From an archaeon (GTDB lineage: Archaea > Asgardarchaeota > Thorarchaeia > Thorarchaeales > Thorarchaeaceae), in assembly GCA_024276825.1 (NCBI GenBank), contig JAJRWI010000044.1:25823-89822 (forward strand): a stretch of DNA of 64,000 nucleotides. Reading direction: 5' to 3'. Under the pieces are notes generated by a model. That model was not told the origin of the DNA and made no database searches. It saw only the letters and a list, made by a program, of their open reading frames with translations. Positions 44,879 through 54,662 of the stretch are shown here, one piece after another. The position numbers and the translations under genes are program-made. Position 1 is the stretch's first letter, and each line of letters begins with the position of its first letter.

Positions 44879-47071
44879 ATGGTGAGTCTTGAAGGTCTCT
44901 CAGATATTCCTGGGGTGGGTGAAAAGGTCAAGAAGGCACTGATCGATCATTTTGGTAACGAGGCTGTTGCTCTCAAGGTGATTCAAGACTCGCGTGTTGA
45001 TCTGGTCGCCTCAGTTCCAGGCATTGGCACCAGACAGGCCGTCAACATAATCAAAGCTGCATTCGAAATTCAGTTTGGCGCCAGTGCAAACATGGTATTA
45101 CGTAGCCCTGATGTGCGCAAGATATTCGAATCCATTCTCAATATAGTGAGGGGGTATGCAAACACATCTTATGCAAAGGACAAACTCCTTCTCTATTTTC
45201 CGCTACCACCCTCCAAACTCAACATAATTAACGAACGGCAACAATACTTTGCTGATGCAATGGACTTGGCCAAAAAACTGAGCCCCGATCAGAAAAGGGA
45301 GTTGACCCAGCTCCTCTCACAGGTGCGAGGGTTATACCGTCGTGTGAAACCCAAGCGTATCAGGGGCCGTGTTGTCCTCACCAATGATGAGAAGACCTTT
45401 GACAGACTGATCAACGAGGGTGTTGAAAAATGGTGCCCTGTCTATGCTCTCTCTGAGGGCGAGAATGTTGTGGACTACGCCAAGGGATACGACCTTGTTT
45501 TATTCATATCTCCTCTGGGTGTGTTCGATGAGTCGATAGACCTGCTGGACAATGTAGAGATACTTGGGAAAGACTGGTCAATTGGTGATGTCTTGCCCGA
45601 GATGACTGTCAGCTTCTACTCACGAAACTATAGAGTCATCGATGCAGCATGCAAACTAGGCGAACATTTCAGCACACTCCCAATGAACACATCAGTTGAA
45701 AAATTCTTGAGTGGTATAGATATTGACAGTCTGACTCGAGTTGGTGAGATACTGAAAAAAATCAATGAAGAGGGGGACATTACTACGGGGATTGACCCCG
45801 ACCTTGATCGTTATCGTGCTGCAATCAAAGCATTTCCCACAGCTATTGCTGAAGTGGAAGCGTGGCTTAATGAAGAGATTAAAAGCAGAATAGTGAAAAG
45901 CGAGGTCAAGCTAGGGGGCCAGCAGATAATATCAATTCTTCAATCTGCCGATATCGACGGTCCTGATCCTAGCGCTATGAGAAACATGCTTCCTGCAGAG
46001 ATTGTAGAAACATTCACTGAAACTATCCAAGAGGCTGAGGACAAGCTGGTGCAGATGTTGGACCTGACCACTCGTGAGGCTGACTGGGTGGTTGGAGTCA
46101 TCAGTGAGGAGATTGCTCTCCCTGTCAGGCTTGTCAATGAACGTGTTAATGATCTGGAAGACACTCTGACGAGAATCTACTCCGAAAAGCAGTTTGGAAT
46201 GATCAAGAAGATGGCCAGTGAGCTCGAGTCACTAAAGCGGCCTGTGATGGATGCTGTCCAAGTTCTTCTTGAGTTTGATCTCTTTCTTGCCGTAGGGCTC
46301 TTTGCTGTTGATTATGACCTTCATACCCCAGACATCTCCATGGAATATTCTGGTGTGGGCATTCGCAAGGCACGCAATCTCTTTCTTGTAGAGAGCATGC
46401 TAAAGGGCAGTCATGGTGAGGTTCAGCCAATCGACTATGCCATTGGTAAAACCCCATTCAGACCCGAGGGGACCAATGGTGAGAATGTGGCAATTCTGTC
46501 AGGGGCAAACAGTGGTGGTAAGACCACGACAATCCAAACACTGTCACAGATTGTGACAATGGCTCAGACAGGACTTCCAGTTCCCGCAGAAGTGGCACAT
46601 CTGCCCGTCTTTGAGGAGATATATTTCTTCTATAAGAGTCGAGGAATGGTCAATGCGGGGGCATTTGAAGCAACTCTTAAACAGTTTGCTGATATTGTGG
46701 TTTCGGAGAAGTCAAAGCTCGCCCTATTCGATGAGGTCGAGGCCATTACCGAACCTGGCAGTGCAGCCAATGTTATTGCGGGTCTGATTGAGATACTACA
46801 GGGTGACCCCCGTTCAATGACAGTAATCTGCAGTCATCTGGCCAAGGAGATCAAGGAAGTCTGCAGTGTTCCGATCCGTATTGATGGTATTGAGGCACGT
46901 GGTCTGGACTCTAATTTGGAACTCATCGTTGATAGGACTCCCCGCTTTGGCTATCTTGCAAGGAGCACCCCCGAATTGATTGTGGAGAGGCTTACAAAAC
47001 TAGCAAAGGGCAAAAAGAAGGCAGTATATGAAAAAATACTAGAGAACCTGATGCGTGATAGAACGCAATAG
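44879..47071 (+). CDS. Archaeal MutS-like ATPase (MutS5 type; N-terminal HhH, no mismatch domain)
   Basis: IPGVGEK and VPGIG HhH motifs; LSGANSGGKTT, AGAFE, LFDEVEAITEPG, SHL. Confidence 0.85.
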   Translation: MVSLEGLSDIPGVGEKVKKALIDHFGNEAVALKVIQDSRVDLVASVPGIGTRQAVNIIKAAFEIQFGASANMVLRSPDVRKIFESILNIVRGYANTSYAKDKLLLYFPLPPSKLNIINERQQYFADAMDLAKKLSPDQKRELTQLLSQVRGLYRRVKPKRIRGRVVLTNDEKTFDRLINEGVEKWCPVYALSEGENVVDYAKGYDLVLFISPLGVFDESIDLLDNVEILGKDWSIGDVLPEMTVSFYSRNYRVIDAACKLGEHFSTLPMNTSVEKFLSGIDIDSLTRVGEILKKINEEGDITTGIDPDLDRYRAAIKAFPTAIAEVEAWLNEEIKSRIVKSEVKLGGQQIISILQSADIDGPDPSAMRNMLPAEIVETFTETIQEAEDKLVQMLDLTTREADWVVGVISEEIALPVRLVNERVNDLEDTLTRIYSEKQFGMIKKMASELESLKRPVMDAVQVLLEFDLFLAVGLFAVDYDLHTPDISMEYSGVGIRKARNLFLVESMLKGSHGEVQPIDYAIGKTPFRPEGTNGENVAILSGANSGGKTTTIQTLSQIVTMAQTGLPVPAEVAHLPVFEEIYFFYKSRGMVNAGAFEATLKQFADIVVSEKSKLALFDEVEAITEPGSAANVIAGLIEILQGDPRSMTVICSHLAKEIKEVCSVPIRIDGIEARGLDSNLELIVDRTPRFGYLARSTPELIVERLTKLAKGKKKAVYEKILENLMRDRTQ

Positions 47072-47087
47072 AATGGAGGCATCAGCC

Positions 47088-47663
47088 ATGAGGCGCATTC
47101 TTGTTCTTGGTGATGCACACATTCCAACCCGACGAGATGCTATTCCTGATGAGTTCTATAAGCACATAGAATCAACCGATTACGATATTGCATTTATCAC
47201 AGGCGACCTAGTCAGAATGTCGGCTTTCAAGGAAGCCATACCTGAGCTCCCCACTTCTTATTATGTCAGGGGTAACATGGACTTTCACACAGAACACCCC
47301 TTCCACCATGAGATTCGTGTCGAGCAGTTCAGCTTTCTTTTGCTTCATGGCACACAGCTTCGACCAAGGGGTAATATAGAACAGCTGTGGGAGATACTTC
47401 AAGAAGTGAATCTGGATGTGGCAGTCCATGGTCATACCCATAGAGCTGACATCCAATTATATAGGGACCGTCTCTTTCTCAATCCCGGAACAATATCTGG
47501 TGCTACGGGTGGCTGGCCTGGTCGCGATGATGCCAGTTTTATCGAGATTGAGGTAGACAATTTTACAATGAGAGTGACGCTGTTCATGACTGACTGGTCT
47601 GTAATCAAACAATCAGAGATGAGATTTCAAAAGCAAGATGGCCACATTATTCAGATCAGGTGA
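47088..47663 (+). CDS. Metallophosphoesterase, YfcE/Vps29-like
   Basis: LGDAHIP.R, TGD, VRGNMD, HG, HGHTH, NPG; GGAGG SD before ATG 47088. Confidence 0.88.
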   Translation: MRRILVLGDAHIPTRRDAIPDEFYKHIESTDYDIAFITGDLVRMSAFKEAIPELPTSYYVRGNMDFHTEHPFHHEIRVEQFSFLLLHGTQLRPRGNIEQLWEILQEVNLDVAVHGHTHRADIQLYRDRLFLNPGTISGATGGWPGRDDASFIEIEVDNFTMRVTLFMTDWSVIKQSEMRFQKQDGHIIQIR

Positions 47664-48230
47664 TTAATCATCGTCCCATGGACTAGCAGAAAGCAGACGA
47701 ATATAAAGCCTCTTGATAACATTAGTCCCCTCCTGTATTGCTGCATTCACGACATCTTCAACATCCTCTCTATTCATCTTTTTCCTAACGAGTCGCTCAA
47801 TTTCAAACTCAGGATCATTGTCCCTTGTGAACTTAACACTCCGAAAATACTCTGCCAATACTGCCTTTACAACAGCCTTAGATACAATGTCCCTCGAAAT
47901 ATTGTTAATCATGTCAATAGCACTCTCTCTCAACCGCTTTGATAACATGTACTGAACAGACTCTGCAACTCTTCTGTTGCTGCCACTTGCAACTCCAATA
48001 TTGATAGTGAGCATCCGAATTCTGTCAAATATCACTCCAATTTTAGTTCCCATGAACGGTTTTGCTCTCATTGATGCCCTCCAGTCATCATAAGCACTGT
48101 TTATCCTATCAAGGGTGTCCTCAACTCCACTTAGCCTTATCACATCTTCTCTGGGCAATAATGGAAACCATACTCTCATAGCGCTACTACCATCATTATG
48201 ATTGAAGGGCATGTTTTTTGCCCTAATCAA
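47664..48230 (-). CDS. Hypothetical alpha-helical protein
   Basis: Fills the gap between the phosphoesterase and tRNA-Asn; no motif recognised; start may be ATG 48179. Confidence 0.6.
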   Translation of the reverse strand: MIRAKNMPFNHNDGSSAMRVWFPLLPREDVIRLSGVEDTLDRINSAYDDWRASMRAKPFMGTKIGVIFDRIRMLTINIGVASGSNRRVAESVQYMLSKRLRESAIDMINNISRDIVSKAVVKAVLAEYFRSVKFTRDNDPEFEIERLVRKKMNREDVEDVVNAAIQEGTNVIKRLYIRLLSASPWDDD

Positions 48231-48326
48231 TAATAGTTTTGAATATTTCTAATTGCACCATAATTAAAAGGCAGGCTGAGTGGATTCCCTCAAAAACATA
48301 GATACCGTATGGCCCAAAACAAGTAA

Positions 48327-48461
48327 TGGCGCCGCCGGCAGGGATTTCGTCCCCAATAGGAATCATGAGGGGTCTCGAACCTGCGACCAACAACTGTCTG
48401 GCTCTGAACCACCTGTTCAAGAGATAACAGGCTGTCGCTCTACCTACTGAGCCACGGCGGC
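48327..48461 (-). tRNA. tRNA-Asn(GTT) with two introns (37/38: 48396-48424; 59/60: 48344-48373), CCA encoded
   Basis: Minus strand: GCCGCCG, GCTC-AGTAGGTA-GAGC, ACAGC-CTGTTA^A-GTTGT, GCAGG-TTCGAG^C-CCTGC, CGGCGGC-G-CCA after removing 29- and 30-nt inserts with BHB-like folds. Confidence 0.9.
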
Positions 48462-48523
48462 ACTGTTAATTCATTGTTCCCATTGGAATGCAATATTAAG
48501 ATTGCGTTTAGTACTGGCAAGCA

Positions 48524-49333
48524 TTATCCCCCAAATATGAATGAGAACACATTGTCCAATGTCATCATCAGCAAAAAACCAATGATCAGTCCCCAAGTGG
48601 CAAGCCGTGCATTCCCTCCCGAATGACTCTCTGGAACCATCTCGTCCCCCACTACAAATATCATTGCACCCGCAGCAAAAGCCAGAGCATAGGGTAGCAT
48701 GGTGGCAGCAAAGGTCACCACTGAAACTCCTAGAAGCCCACCAATGGGTTCAACAAGACCAGTGAAGAGTGCTAGCAATGATGCTCTTTTCCTTGAATAT
48801 CCCTCTCGAACAAGTGGGGCTGCAACAGCAAGCCCCTCTGGGATATTCTGAAGACCAATTGCCACAGCAACAGAAACTCCAGTTTTTATGCTGAGCCCAC
48901 CAAATGCAACACCCACTGCGAGTCCCTCTGGAAAATTATGGATTGTTATTGCAAGTACAAGCAACCAAACTCTTGCCAATCTTGAGGATGGGCCCTCAAC
49001 GCCCTTCTCGAAATGTGCATGAGGGATGTATTTGTCAGCCAAATGAACGAAGAGTCCACCAAGAACAAAGCCTAGACCGACCACAGTTATGACTTCTGAC
49101 CACTCGTCTATCATCTCGAATGATGGGACAAGAAGACTGAATGCGGATGCTGCAAGCATAACACCTGCAGCAACGCCAAGCATGGCATCTAGAGTCCTCC
49201 TACTAAATGATCCACCAAGGAGAACTGGAATTGCTCCAATCCCAGTTGCTACACCTGCCAATAGACTCGCAGTCAATCCGAGAAAAATATGGTCAGAAAC
49301 AATCTGTTGCATATATTGCACCTTATTCAACAA
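48524..49333 (-). CDS. ZIP family (GufA/ZupT-like) metal transporter
   Basis: AAGVMLAAS.FSL, IHNFPEGLAVG, LQNIPEG, EPIG, AAGAMIFVV.DE..PE. Confidence 0.94.
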   Translation of the reverse strand: MLNKVQYMQQIVSDHIFLGLTASLLAGVATGIGAIPVLLGGSFSRRTLDAMLGVAAGVMLAASAFSLLVPSFEMIDEWSEVITVVGLGFVLGGLFVHLADKYIPHAHFEKGVEGPSSRLARVWLLVLAITIHNFPEGLAVGVAFGGLSIKTGVSVAVAIGLQNIPEGLAVAAPLVREGYSRKRASLLALFTGLVEPIGGLLGVSVVTFAATMLPYALAFAAGAMIFVVGDEMVPESHSGGNARLATWGLIIGFLLMMTLDNVFSFIFGG

Positions 49334-49374
49334 TAATGTTCACAGTATTTTATGTTTGCCAAAATTCTAATGAG

Positions 49375-49448
49375 TGGGCCCGAGGGGACTTGAACCCCTG
49401 ACCGACAGGTTATGAGCCTGCTGCTCTACCAAGCTGAGCTACGGGCCC
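49375..49448 (-). tRNA. tRNA with CAT anticodon, most likely tRNA-Ile2 (agmatidine-modified)
   Basis: GGGCCCG acceptor, GCAGG-CTCATAA-CCTGT, AGGGG-TTCAAGT-CCCCT, discriminator A. No intron and no encoded CCA. Acceptor is Ile-like rather than Met-like. Confidence 0.88.
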
Positions 49449-49646
49449 AGGAATATTCTATTCTGATACCTCATCGTTATTATGATTGATATTAAGGTTG
49501 CGAAATTACGATGAATGATTTCTCATGGGCATAGCAATCTCTTCATTATGATGGGATCACCCATGCATTGCACATTTCGGGTTCAGCTGATTTTTCCGAC
49601 CTTAAAAGTAAGAGGGCAAACTAGAGAAAAAGCAAGGTGTGCAGTT

Positions 49647-50096
49647 ATGATTCTCTTCTTCACATCAGACCATTGTGCATGGTGTCCTGCGCTTAAGCAG
49701 ATGCTGCACGAAGAGTTAGATTCCATGGGATGCACAGTTTCCATTCATGAGATTAACATTGAATCATACCCTCACATTGCTGAGATCTTTGGGATTCTAA
49801 TTATACCCACCCTAGTCCACAATGATGCCATACTCTCGGGAATCCCATCAATAACAGATCTCCGCGCCTTTCTATTTCACTCCATCACTACTGATTCATT
49901 AACTGATGATGACGACCTCATGTCATTCTTGCATGTGTCAAGAAAGAATGATGATATTACAGTGCCCTCTCGTGAAGAGATGCTACAGAAATTATCGGAG
50001 ATTGAAGAACTGGTACTCGATATTGATGGTATAGAAAAAGAATCGGAATCTGATATCAAACTGGAAGAAACAACACGCCCCTCGCAGGTTCAATAA
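49647..50096 (+). CDS. Thioredoxin-fold protein with acidic C-terminal tail
   Basis: FFTSDHCAWCP, GILIIPTL (cis-Pro loop); ATG 49647 likely. Confidence 0.75.
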   Translation: MILFFTSDHCAWCPALKQMLHEELDSMGCTVSIHEINIESYPHIAEIFGILIIPTLVHNDAILSGIPSITDLRAFLFHSITTDSLTDDDDLMSFLHVSRKNDDITVPSREEMLQKLSEIEELVLDIDGIEKESESDIKLEETTRPSQVQ

Positions 50097-50147
50097 GGTG
50101 CGACTACGTAATGTTAATAACTATTTCAAGTTGATTCAAGCCAAGTT

Positions 50148-50225
50148 GCCCCGGTAGTGTAGACCGGTCCAGCATCTGGGGCTTTCGATCCCATGACCCG
50201 GGTTCAAATCCCGGCCGGGGCACCA
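50148..50225 (+). tRNA. tRNA-Glu(TTC), CCA encoded
   Basis: GCCCCGG acceptor, TGGGG-CTTTCGA-TCCCA, CCGGG-TTCAAAT-CCCGG, CCGGGGC-A-CCA. Confidence 0.95.
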
Positions 50226-50245
50226 CTCCCTTTTAACTCATCAAC

Positions 50246-51115
50246 TCAATCAATCTCAACTCGCATACTCAGGTCTGCTGAGTCATAAGAGTGTGTCAGT
50301 GCACCAGAAGAGATTACATCCACACCACTCTTGGCATATTCTCCAATGTTCTGCTCGTCAATACCTCCTGAGGTTTCCAAGATGACCCTTTCACGAAGCC
50401 CCTTCTCAAGCAATACTCTGTTTACTTCAGCCACTTGCTGTGCACTCATATTATCAAGTAGAATAATGTCGGCACCTGCTTCTATTGCGTCAATTGTTTC
50501 CTCCAGACATCTGGTTTCACATGACACCTTCTTTGAGAAAGATATCCTACTCTTGGCAACTCTCACTGCCTCTCCTGCAGATCCAATTACCGCAATATGA
50601 TTGTTCTTTATCAACACCATATCATCCAGTGCATATCTATGCGTATCTGCTCCTCCTATACTCACAGCCCGTTTCTCAAAATATCTAAATCCGGGAGTTG
50701 TCTTTCTGGTGGCTGCTACCCTGACGTCAGGGTTCTCCCTCTTGACAGCCTGAACCATATGAAATGCCTTTGTTGCAATTCCGCTCATTCTCTGAATTAT
50801 GTTAAGGCATACTCTTTCTATTTGTAGCAATGTCTTTGCAGAGCCCGACAATCTAATGATATCATCACCATGTTTCACCCATTCTCCATCCTCAACAATG
50901 GCCTCATACTCAAGACCCATCATCTCTGCTAATGCTGCAATCTCTGGAATTCCTGCAATGATAGTTTCTGATTTTGCATAGATGGTCCCTGTGCCCCTCG
51001 CATCACTTGGGATTAACGCATCTGTTGTGAGGTCTCCTGATCTTATGTCCTCATCAAGAAATAGTCTGAGTTTCTGAATTATCTCGGGCGGTAGTCCTCT
51101 CATCTCGCTCAACAC
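50246..51115 (-). CDS. nadC: Quinolinate phosphoribosyltransferase
   Basis: ED..GDLTT, ER..LN..QRMSGIAT, ATRKTTPG, HR..L.D.VLIK.NH, ILLDN, SGGI. Confidence 0.96.
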   Translation of the reverse strand: MLSEMRGLPPEIIQKLRLFLDEDIRSGDLTTDALIPSDARGTGTIYAKSETIIAGIPEIAALAEMMGLEYEAIVEDGEWVKHGDDIIRLSGSAKTLLQIERVCLNIIQRMSGIATKAFHMVQAVKRENPDVRVAATRKTTPGFRYFEKRAVSIGGADTHRYALDDMVLIKNNHIAVIGSAGEAVRVAKSRISFSKKVSCETRCLEETIDAIEAGADIILLDNMSAQQVAEVNRVLLEKGLRERVILETSGGIDEQNIGEYAKSGVDVISSGALTHSYDSADLSMRVEID

Positions 51116-51747
51116 CTTGCATGCACGGGATTCCTGACGATTCTACCCTTTGGTTCAACTTCGCCAAATATCTCAGCCTGAAATGCCCAGAATTCGGTTT
51201 CCAAGTCACGCCACGCATCTTTATGCAGCCATGCCTTAGTACATGTGTGTTCAAGAAACTCTTTGACATCCCACCCCCACTCTACAGGAACCTGAGGTAA
51301 CAACAGTCCCCTCATCCTGCCCCGAATGGCAATCAACCCATCTCTACCTATCTTGACCAAGGATAGAAGGTCATCAGGGTTGTCATATTCCAATTTCTTG
51401 GGTGGGGTCAATACGCTGAGTTCAACCAGAATGGAGTCAAGATCATCCAGATGTACAGGACTGAACCGAGGGTCATTGACTGCGGAGTCTATTGCCGAGT
51501 CAATAGTGGCTTCAACTAAGGGCTGTGATGGATATGGCCTTCCGATACACCCTCTCAACTCAACTCTCCCACTTCTAATGCTGTTCAAGGTCACAAAGAC
51601 TCCTGACTCCTTTTGAAGCTTTTCTGGCGTGTCTGCTGGGGGTGCTAATCTCGACCTAGTTTGCAGGTATGTTTCGATGGTCTTTCTTGCAAGTCTGACT
51701 AAGAACACCCCTTCATCATCCGTGTATTGATTTACCACGTCAATCAT
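51109..51747 (-). CDS. AMMECR1 domain protein (TIGR00296)
   Basis: GVFVTL, LRGCIG, DPRF, ELSVLT, G.DGL, GLLLPQV, FQAEIF.E. Confidence 0.94.
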   Translation of the reverse strand: MIDVVNQYTDDEGVFLVRLARKTIETYLQTRSRLAPPADTPEKLQKESGVFVTLNSIRSGRVELRGCIGRPYPSQPLVEATIDSAIDSAVNDPRFSPVHLDDLDSILVELSVLTPPKKLEYDNPDDLLSLVKIGRDGLIAIRGRMRGLLLPQVPVEWGWDVKEFLEHTCTKAWLHKDAWRDLETEFWAFQAEIFGEVEPKGRIVRNPVHARC

Positions 51748-51774
51748 CCCTGTTGTCTCATTATCCTGATTCGG

Positions 51775-53094
51775 TTATGTCTTTCGTAACGGGACTCTTC
51801 CCACAATTCCTCTGCCAACTAGAAACCTTCCTTCATCAAACACAATCTTCCCTCCCACAATTGTGGTCCTGATCTTTGCCACAACCCTACGTCCTTCGAA
51901 AGGAGTGATCTTTGCCTTTGAATAAAACTTGGATCCCCGAATTATATTCTCCTCCCGACTAACAACAATAATGTCTGCATCATACCCTTTTGCTAGGACT
52001 CCCTTTGTTCTGAGTCCAAATATGGTTGCAGGACCAGAGCAGCATGCCCTCAAGAATTCCACCCATGAAACTCTCCCCTGAAAGACCTCTGTGAGCATTA
52101 TGGGAACTGTAGTTTCAAGTCCAGGTATGCCAGAAGCAGCATCTAGAAACGATTGATTTTTCTCATCAGATGTATGAGGGGCATGATCCGATACAACAAT
52201 ATCAATCGTACATCGCTTTAGTGCATCCATTAGTATTCTACAATCATACGAAGATCTCAATGGCGGCAAGACCTTTGGTACACCATTCTCAACTGAAAAT
52301 GAGTTGCGAGTGAGAAACAGGTGATGTGGACACACCTCCCCTGTTAGACTCTCCTCTGCTCTATGCTCCTCAATCATTTTTGCAGTTGCCGCACAGCTCA
52401 CATGACAGATGTGTAATCTGCCTCCAATTTCATTCTGTGCAAATATGAACTGTTCAAGGGCCCTGACTTCACTTACACACCCATGAATTGAAAAGAACTC
52501 TTCGATTGACTCTGGCTTAATTGTGCTGTCTGAGATGTCTGGATGAACCAATAGGGGAATCTCATGCTTTTTAGCAGTCTTCAGACACTCCCTTATTCTA
52601 ACCCCATTATAATGAACTCCCTCAGACAGTGGAGCATGGGGATACACCTTGATTCCAAGAACATTCTGAATAATCCCGCTTGTGATATCTGCAGTGTCTT
52701 TTGGAATTCCAGTGAAGAATCCCACATTAACAAACCTGTTGGCTTGAGCTCTTTCAATCTTCCACTCCAGTGTTGCTTTATCAAGCACAGGAGGGTCTGT
52801 GTTTGGCATATCAATGACAGTCGTCACACCTCCCGCTGCAGCAGCCATGGTCCCTGATGCATAGTCTTCTTTCTCCGACTGATTCAGATCCCTAAGATGT
52901 ACATGAGCATCAATCATGCCCGGTAATATGTATGACTGGCTACAATCAAGTACCTTTCTAGCATCAGGTTCCAAACCTGTTTCATAGATACCCTCAATCA
53001 ATCCAGTGTTTATTGCAACAGATCGAGGCACAATCTTACCCTGAGTGTAAACCAGACCATTCCTTAGTAGAAGGTCTACGGGCATATTTTTCAC
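51775..53094 (-). CDS. pyrC: Dihydroorotase (amidohydrolase family)
   Basis: PGMIDAHVHLR, AAAAGGVTT..DMPNT.P, HICHVS, EVCPHHL, SDHAPH, SKAKITPFEG. Confidence 0.88.
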   Translation of the reverse strand: MKNMPVDLLLRNGLVYTQGKIVPRSVAINTGLIEGIYETGLEPDARKVLDCSQSYILPGMIDAHVHLRDLNQSEKEDYASGTMAAAAGGVTTVIDMPNTDPPVLDKATLEWKIERAQANRFVNVGFFTGIPKDTADITSGIIQNVLGIKVYPHAPLSEGVHYNGVRIRECLKTAKKHEIPLLVHPDISDSTIKPESIEEFFSIHGCVSEVRALEQFIFAQNEIGGRLHICHVSCAATAKMIEEHRAEESLTGEVCPHHLFLTRNSFSVENGVPKVLPPLRSSYDCRILMDALKRCTIDIVVSDHAPHTSDEKNQSFLDAASGIPGLETTVPIMLTEVFQGRVSWVEFLRACCSGPATIFGLRTKGVLAKGYDADIIVVSREENIIRGSKFYSKAKITPFEGRRVVAKIRTTIVGGKIVFDEGRFLVGRGIVGRVPLRKT

Positions 53095-53123
53095 CAGTCT
53101 TGAGGGTCACAATCCATGACCTA

Positions 53124-53936
53124 CTATTCCGCTGGTATCTTAAATTTATTAGCAGCGAACCTTGTGTAGTCAGTTGCACTGATTATGCCTTTCAGCTTGT
53201 TTCCCTCCCCAACAACTGGCAACGTGTTCAGGAATGCATCAAGCATAATTTCAGCGGCCTTTGATATAGGTGTGTCTGGATTGACTAGGGGTGGCTCTCT
53301 TACCATTGCATCAACAACTCTAATCTGTCTGACCTGATTTGCTCTATGCTTATCAGGTACTTCAACACTAAACCTTGCCATTGCCTCAGCCACTGTCTTC
53401 TCAGTCAATAGGCCAAGAACTCGTCCGCCATCGGTAACAGGCAGTCCAGAAAATCCCTTTGTGAGCATCTCCATTCTGGCCTTGATCAATCGCTCAACTG
53501 GGTTGACAACTAGCAGATTCTCAGTTGTCATAAGGGCTTCAACTTTAACGTTCTCGAACTTTTTAGCCAACTCAACAATCTGGATTTTGGATATGACTCC
53601 CACAAGGTTATCATCATCGTCTAACACGGGACAACCACTCATACCTCTATCAATCATGAGCTGGGCAACATCAGTGACCTCATCATCAGGCTTTACTGTA
53701 ATCACTGTATCGGTCATTGCACTGGAGACGTGTAGTCTTCCAATTGACACAGCCACAACCTTACTCACTCCCAGCCTGTCTGCAATATCTGCATAGGTCA
53801 GGATTCCCTTCAGCTCTTTGCCCTCCGTCACAATCAGACGATCGACCTTCTTCTTACTCAACAGATCAAGAGCATAAGACAGTCTTTGATCTTTGTCTAT
53901 TGTGACAGGTTCAACCATTATAGCACTAACTTTCAA
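53124..53936 (-). CDS. Four-CBS-domain protein
   Basis: Four CBS repeats. Confidence 0.88.
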   Translation of the reverse strand: MKVSAIMVEPVTIDKDQRLSYALDLLSKKKVDRLIVTEGKELKGILTYADIADRLGVSKVVAVSIGRLHVSSAMTDTVITVKPDDEVTDVAQLMIDRGMSGCPVLDDDDNLVGVISKIQIVELAKKFENVKVEALMTTENLLVVNPVERLIKARMEMLTKGFSGLPVTDGGRVLGLLTEKTVAEAMARFSVEVPDKHRANQVRQIRVVDAMVREPPLVNPDTPISKAAEIMLDAFLNTLPVVGEGNKLKGIISATDYTRFAANKFKIPAE

Positions 53937-53990
53937 TTCATACGCCTCCAGTAAATTTCTCTATTACTATAATGCAATCATTTGCATTTA

Positions 53991-54557
53991 TTATTCACGG
54001 CATATATCACACAAATATCTACCGTCAACGAGTCTCAAATCAGTGGAATACTCGCCACAGCTGTCACAGATACCTCCCATCTCGAGTTCCTCCTCCTCCA
54101 AGTCCTTATGTTCTGTGGTGGCTTGGCTCTCCTTCATTCTTAGAGACTCGACAAGAATATCAATCAACTCGGGCGACCATCGTAGAATGTCCCTTGATGT
54201 AATGATTCCTGCCAATGAGTGATTCTTCAGTACAACAAGTCTACGAATCCCTCCCTTTGCCATTACTCGCATTGCATCGGTGAGTGGCAAATCAGGAGTG
54301 ACATGGATTATGGGTGAACTCATTATCTGTCGGGCTTTGATGCCCTTGGGGTCTATTTCTTCGGCAGTTACTCTTCTGACTATATCAGACTCGGTTATTA
54401 TCCCAATAGGCTTGTCAGTGTCAGTCACTATTATAGAGCCAATGTCCATTTGTTTCATTAATTTCGCCACTTCTAGCACGCTTGCATCTGGTGGCATTGT
54501 GACCACATTGACTGCCATGATGTCCTTTACAAACATTGAATGTGATGGATTAGACAT
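53991..54557 (-). CDS. CBS-pair protein with C-terminal zinc ribbon
   Basis: VKDIM..VVT, IGSIIV..GIITESDI, GIITSRD; C-terminal CDSCG...LCDIC. Confidence 0.88.
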   Translation of the reverse strand: MSNPSHSMFVKDIMAVNVVTMPPDASVLEVAKLMKQMDIGSIIVTDTDKPIGIITESDIVRRVTAEEIDPKGIKARQIMSSPIIHVTPDLPLTDAMRVMAKGGIRRLVVLKNHSLAGIITSRDILRWSPELIDILVESLRMKESQATTEHKDLEEEELEMGGICDSCGEYSTDLRLVDGRYLCDICRE

Positions 54558-54662
54558 TGGATGACCCCTGTTCAGGTTAATCTATTATGTCCGCTCACGG
54601 TTCATCTTTGTTATTAAATGTGTTGTGTGGTGTATTTTACTTTACTGAAGTTTACTATTCCA

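Noticed and set aside
48223-48420. 65-aa minus-strand ORF
   Set aside because: It runs through tRNA-Asn and its introns.
49375-49448. Calling the CAT tRNA a Met tRNA
   Set aside because: It lacks initiator features (A1-U72, three G-C anticodon-stem pairs), and the GGGCCCG acceptor is Ile-like.
47664-50225. Integrated element among the three clustered tRNAs
   Set aside because: No integrase, att duplication or viral genes were seen; the intervening genes are ordinary.
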